Shown here piece after piece: positions 60,577-64,000 of a stretch of DNA of 64,000 nucleotides. How positions within the stretch are numbered: the first letter of the stretch is position 1; each line of letters begins with the position of its first letter. The position numbers and the translations under genes were made by a program. This DNA is from Patescibacteria group bacterium (lineage in GTDB: Bacteria > Patescibacteriota > Minisyncoccia > Phycocordibacterales > UBA9973). The notes under the pieces were generated by a model. The model had not been told where the DNA came from. It searched no databases and saw only the letters and a program-made list of their open reading frames with translations. The stretch is from the NCBI GenBank assembly GCA_040384805.1, contig JAZKIP010000001.1:51981-115980 (forward strand). The letters are read 5' to 3'.

Positions 60577-61758
60577 TTATTTTTCCATCTTACGCGCAAC
60601 GCTTATCGCTTCTATCATCAGAAACGGATCGCATACTGTATTTTTGACGGCGCACATGTTTAAAAATTCCGGCCCTGAAAAGGAGACCACTCGGACTTCC
60701 CGATCGGGGCGAAGGGATCGAAGATATTCCTCGTTTCTTAAGAGTCCGGCAAACCACCCCTCGACATCCGCATCGGCTGTGAGAAAAATAGTTTCCGGAA
60801 AGGAAGCCGAGGCGCTTATGGCGCTGATGCTTTTCCGGAAAGCGTCGAGCCAAAGCTTTTCCATGGAAGCGAAGATCGGGCCAAGAGATTCCTTTTTCTT
60901 ATGAGAAAGAATGCCTGACAAATAAAGACCTGCTACTTCTTGCGCGTCTCTATACTCTATTCCGGCCTTATCGGCCAGATGTGAATAAATATGCCTTTTA
61001 CCGACAGGAAATGAAATGGAGGTGGTAAGTACGTCTTGTGAGACGAAGGCGATATCGGTCACTTCTCCCCCGATATCAATTAGGATATAGGAATCAAGGC
61101 TTATATAGCGGTCTCGAACAGCAAGGTATGAAGAGAGAACAAAAGACGAAAATGAAACGGGAGTATCATGGAATACGCTAGAGAGCGCGAGCCGTATCGC
61201 GTCAAGACACGCTTTCGGTGCAGCGGATACAGCCATGCTTATTTCTACCGTTCGTGTCTTCTGCACATCAAGAAGGCTTACGGGGTAACCGTTAAGCGCA
61301 ATGCCGACGATACGTTGTTCGAATAATTCCAATTCGCTTTCCGCAGTGCCGTATTTTTCCTTGTAGAGATGGCTGAGAAAAGTAACTTCCTTTTGAATCA
61401 GTTCATCAGCAAGGCGCTTGGTAAAAACGAACGGATTCTCCCGAGACGTTTTTATTATCCGCGTTTCGGAAAGGTGCCATGGCGACGCAAGCACGCAGAC
61501 TATAGTTGTGGGAACAACCGCCGCGCTCTTGTATAAAACATCAGCCGTCGCGCAAAGGGCACGCGTCATGTCATCCATGTAACGGTCGAGATTGAAAGCG
61601 CCGCGCTCTGTGATCTCAGTGCGAGAAGACGCCACGATCGTTGGCAGTTCCCCGTCGGCATTTTTCGGCAGGCGGACATAGGCGCCGCCCACGCTTCCGG
61701 ATCCAATATCGAAAATCGCCACTCCGTGTTCTTTTTGTGCAGATGAAAATAATCCCAT
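60577..61758 (-). CDS. Actin-fold FtsA/PilM-like protein
   Basis: FDIGSGSV, IDIGGEVTD, SFPVG. Confidence 0.75.
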   Translation of the reverse strand: MGLFSSAQKEHGVAIFDIGSGSVGGAYVRLPKNADGELPTIVASSRTEITERGAFNLDRYMDDMTRALCATADVLYKSAAVVPTTIVCVLASPWHLSETRIIKTSRENPFVFTKRLADELIQKEVTFLSHLYKEKYGTAESELELFEQRIVGIALNGYPVSLLDVQKTRTVEISMAVSAAPKACLDAIRLALSSVFHDTPVSFSSFVLSSYLAVRDRYISLDSYILIDIGGEVTDIAFVSQDVLTTSISFPVGKRHIYSHLADKAGIEYRDAQEVAGLYLSGILSHKKKESLGPIFASMEKLWLDAFRKSISAISASASFPETIFLTADADVEGWFAGLLRNEEYLRSLRPDREVRVVSFSGPEFLNMCAVKNTVCDPFLMIEAISVARKMEK

Positions 61759-61806
61759 ACTACCGATAGTATACTACAGGATGGATAAAAGATGATAGCA
61801 AGATCT

Positions 61807-63546
61807 TTATTCGAGGGTCGCCTTAATGCGCCTGATCCCCTGCGCTACTGCCTCTTCTTTTACAATTATGAACCGCCCGAGTTCTTTCGTGGAAGATACA
61901 TGCGGACCGCCGCAGAATTCCTTCGAAAGAGCGCTGCCCTCCTCGTCTTCGATGAAATAGACTGACACGATATCAGGGTATTTTGCCCCGAACTCCATTT
62001 GAGCACCGATATTCTCAGCTTCTTTAAGAGGCATAGTCTTCTGTATGACTCGCAATCCTCGCGTAATTTTATCATTGACCCACTCTTCCACCTCTTTTTT
62101 TTCCATATCGGAAAGCTTATGGTCGCCCAAAAAGTCGATGCGGAGCCTCTCTTCCGTAATATTGCTTCCTCTTTGCCTGATCGCGGGACTCACAATAGCT
62201 TGGAGTCCCGCGAGGAGCAGGTGGTGAGCGGTATGGAGCCTGATAGTTTTTTCGTTGTGATTGGCAAGCCCGCCCTTAAACATCCCGGCTCCGGCAGTAC
62301 GGGAAAGAGTCTGGTGTTCGGTCATTTTTCTGTCGAACTCCGCACGATCAATAAGTGCACCTGACTCTCTCGCCAACTCTTCCGTAAGCTCTATAGGGAA
62401 TCCGTATGTTGTTGCAAGAATAAACGGATCGATTCCCTTTTCAAATTCCTTCACTCCTTCCTGCAGAGTTTTTAGGAATTTTCCTTCCTCTGCTTGAAAA
62501 ATAACTTTTATATCAACCGTACCGAGCTTTTCATAGAGCGAGCCGTACTTGCTGATAAAATAATCGATGATCCTCTCGCCTATTGCAGGATCAAGACGGA
62601 GGGTCTTCATTTTAAAAACCGCGCGGCGGACAAGACGGCGCAAAACATAGCCCTGATCCTTGTTCGAAGGCAGGACCCCATCCGAAATCAGGAAAGTCGC
62701 GCTTCTCATATGGTCAGCAACGATCCGCGCTGTTTTTTCATCATATGCGGAAGAATTTTCCCTCATGAGCGCCATGACCGGTGAAAATATATCCGTATCG
62801 TAAATGCTTTCTTTTCCCTGAGCGACGGCAGTTACGCGCTCAAGACCTGCTCCCGTATCGACATTCTTGTTGGGAAGCCCTGAAGAAACATGTCCGTTCT
62901 CCTGCTTATAGACCATAAAGACATCATTCCAGATCTCGACGACTTTCTGCTCATCTTCGGCTTTTTCAAATTCTGCTTGATTCATCTCTCCAAGAGAACC
63001 CGTAAGATCATAAAACATTTCAGTCGAAGGCCCTGCCGGAGAATTCAAGCCCGCGCTCCACCAGTTTGATTTGGAACTTTTAAAATAAATGCGGTTTTCC
63101 GACATGCCGAGAGATTTCCATAATTTTACCGACTCGGTATCGACGGGAACTTTATCGCTTCCTCCGAAAACAGTTATATACAGGCGTTTCGGATCAAGGC
63201 CAAGCCCTTCTTCCCGGGATGTCAGAAATTCATAACTCCATCGTATCGCATCTTCCTTGAAATAATCGCCGAGCGACCAGTTGCCCATCATTTCAAAAAA
63301 AGTTAAATGGGTATTGTCTCCTACTTCATCGAAGTCGACGGTCCGCAGGCATTTTTGAATATTGACAAGCCGTGTCCCGTCCGGATGCTTTTCTCCTAAA
63401 AGATACGGCATCAGGGGCTGCATTCCTGCGATATTAAAAAGAACCGAGCGATCGTTCTCGGGTACCAAAGAAGCGGAAGGAATTACGGCGTGCCCTCTCG
63501 CCTTAAAAAAAGCGAGGAATCGCGACCGGATTTCATCTGATGTCAT
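61807..63546 (-). CDS. alaS: Alanine--tRNA ligase, compact (no C-Ala domain)
   Basis: AGMQP, FFEMMGNWS, EIWNDVF, DTGAGLER, HTAHH, EFCGGPHV. Confidence 0.97.
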   Translation of the reverse strand: MTSDEIRSRFLAFFKARGHAVIPSASLVPENDRSVLFNIAGMQPLMPYLLGEKHPDGTRLVNIQKCLRTVDFDEVGDNTHLTFFEMMGNWSLGDYFKEDAIRWSYEFLTSREEGLGLDPKRLYITVFGGSDKVPVDTESVKLWKSLGMSENRIYFKSSKSNWWSAGLNSPAGPSTEMFYDLTGSLGEMNQAEFEKAEDEQKVVEIWNDVFMVYKQENGHVSSGLPNKNVDTGAGLERVTAVAQGKESIYDTDIFSPVMALMRENSSAYDEKTARIVADHMRSATFLISDGVLPSNKDQGYVLRRLVRRAVFKMKTLRLDPAIGERIIDYFISKYGSLYEKLGTVDIKVIFQAEEGKFLKTLQEGVKEFEKGIDPFILATTYGFPIELTEELARESGALIDRAEFDRKMTEHQTLSRTAGAGMFKGGLANHNEKTIRLHTAHHLLLAGLQAIVSPAIRQRGSNITEERLRIDFLGDHKLSDMEKKEVEEWVNDKITRGLRVIQKTMPLKEAENIGAQMEFGAKYPDIVSVYFIEDEEGSALSKEFCGGPHVSSTKELGRFIIVKEEAVAQGIRRIKATLE

Positions 63547-63585
63547 AAATCAATACTATACTAAAAAGGAAAAACGGAAAAGCTC

Positions 63586-64000
63586 CTACTCGGGAGTTTT
63601 TTCCTGATGATTCTCTTCAAAGCTGCCCTTGAAGAATTTGGTTTTGCGCAAATGTTGCTCGACGGACCAGAGAACAATGAAAATAAAAAGGGTCAGAATC
63701 GTCGCGATGATCGCAATAGCAAAGAGACCGAATCCAGATGCCATACCGATTCCCGCAGATACCCATAATCCCGTCGCGGTTGTCAGGCCCATTAATTTAG
63801 AATCCTTGGTGAAAATAAGACCTGTACCGATAAATCCAACACCAACGACGATTTGCGAAATAATCATGAGAGGATTCATGCCGGAGAAATTAGAAAATGT
63901 CTTCACCATTTCGCCTGACACAATCACAAACAAAGCTGAGCCCATGGATACAAGCGCATATGTTCGCATTCCTGCGGTCTTATGCGCTCGCAAGCGCTCA
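63586..64000 (-). CDS. MgtC/SapB family protein (5' end outside window)
   Basis: ER...K.AGMRTYALV, QIVVGVGFIGTG, GLTTATGLW. Confidence 0.92.
   Translation of the reverse strand, partial: ERLRAHKTAGMRTYALVSMGSALFVIVSGEMVKTFSNFSGMNPLMIISQIVVGVGFIGTGLIFTKDSKLMGLTTATGLWVSAGIGMASGFGLFAIAIIATILTLFIFIVLWSVEQHLRKTKFFKGSFEENHQEKTPE

Overview
A core-genome segment of a small-genome bacterium. The gene set and compact enzymes (short AlaRS, AspRS and RF1, split transketolase, FtsA-like plus baseplate-J-like pair, PaaX/Cas2-like regulator) suggest CPR/Parcubacteria; this is inference. Standard genetic code, mostly minus strand. Contents: F1Fo ATP synthase operon, tRNA-Ile and tRNA-Leu, prfA/rpmE/rplY, pentose-phosphate and glycolysis genes, gatB, gltX-murG-ftsW-mraY-scpB-scpA, aspS, trpS, dnaB-recR, cysS, a polyamine cluster (speA, DHS-like, aguB, aguA), dnaJ-dnaK-grpE, the alpha ribosomal operon and alaS. 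Main unexplained signals: (1) two orphan genes stacked behind gap, each followed by a displaced, diverged copy of the last ~24 gap codons, resembling polar cassette integration at a protein-gene att site with no integrase nearby; (2) a T-box leader before aspS with a non-canonical compact 5' domain; (3) five 69-130 bp inverted-repeat elements, four of which supply the start codon of a gene; (4) small palindromes inserted in frame in atpG, gatB and dnaK and into a decayed tRNA copy; (5) many promoters placed for leaderless or near-leaderless mRNA. All calls were made by eye; no searches were run.
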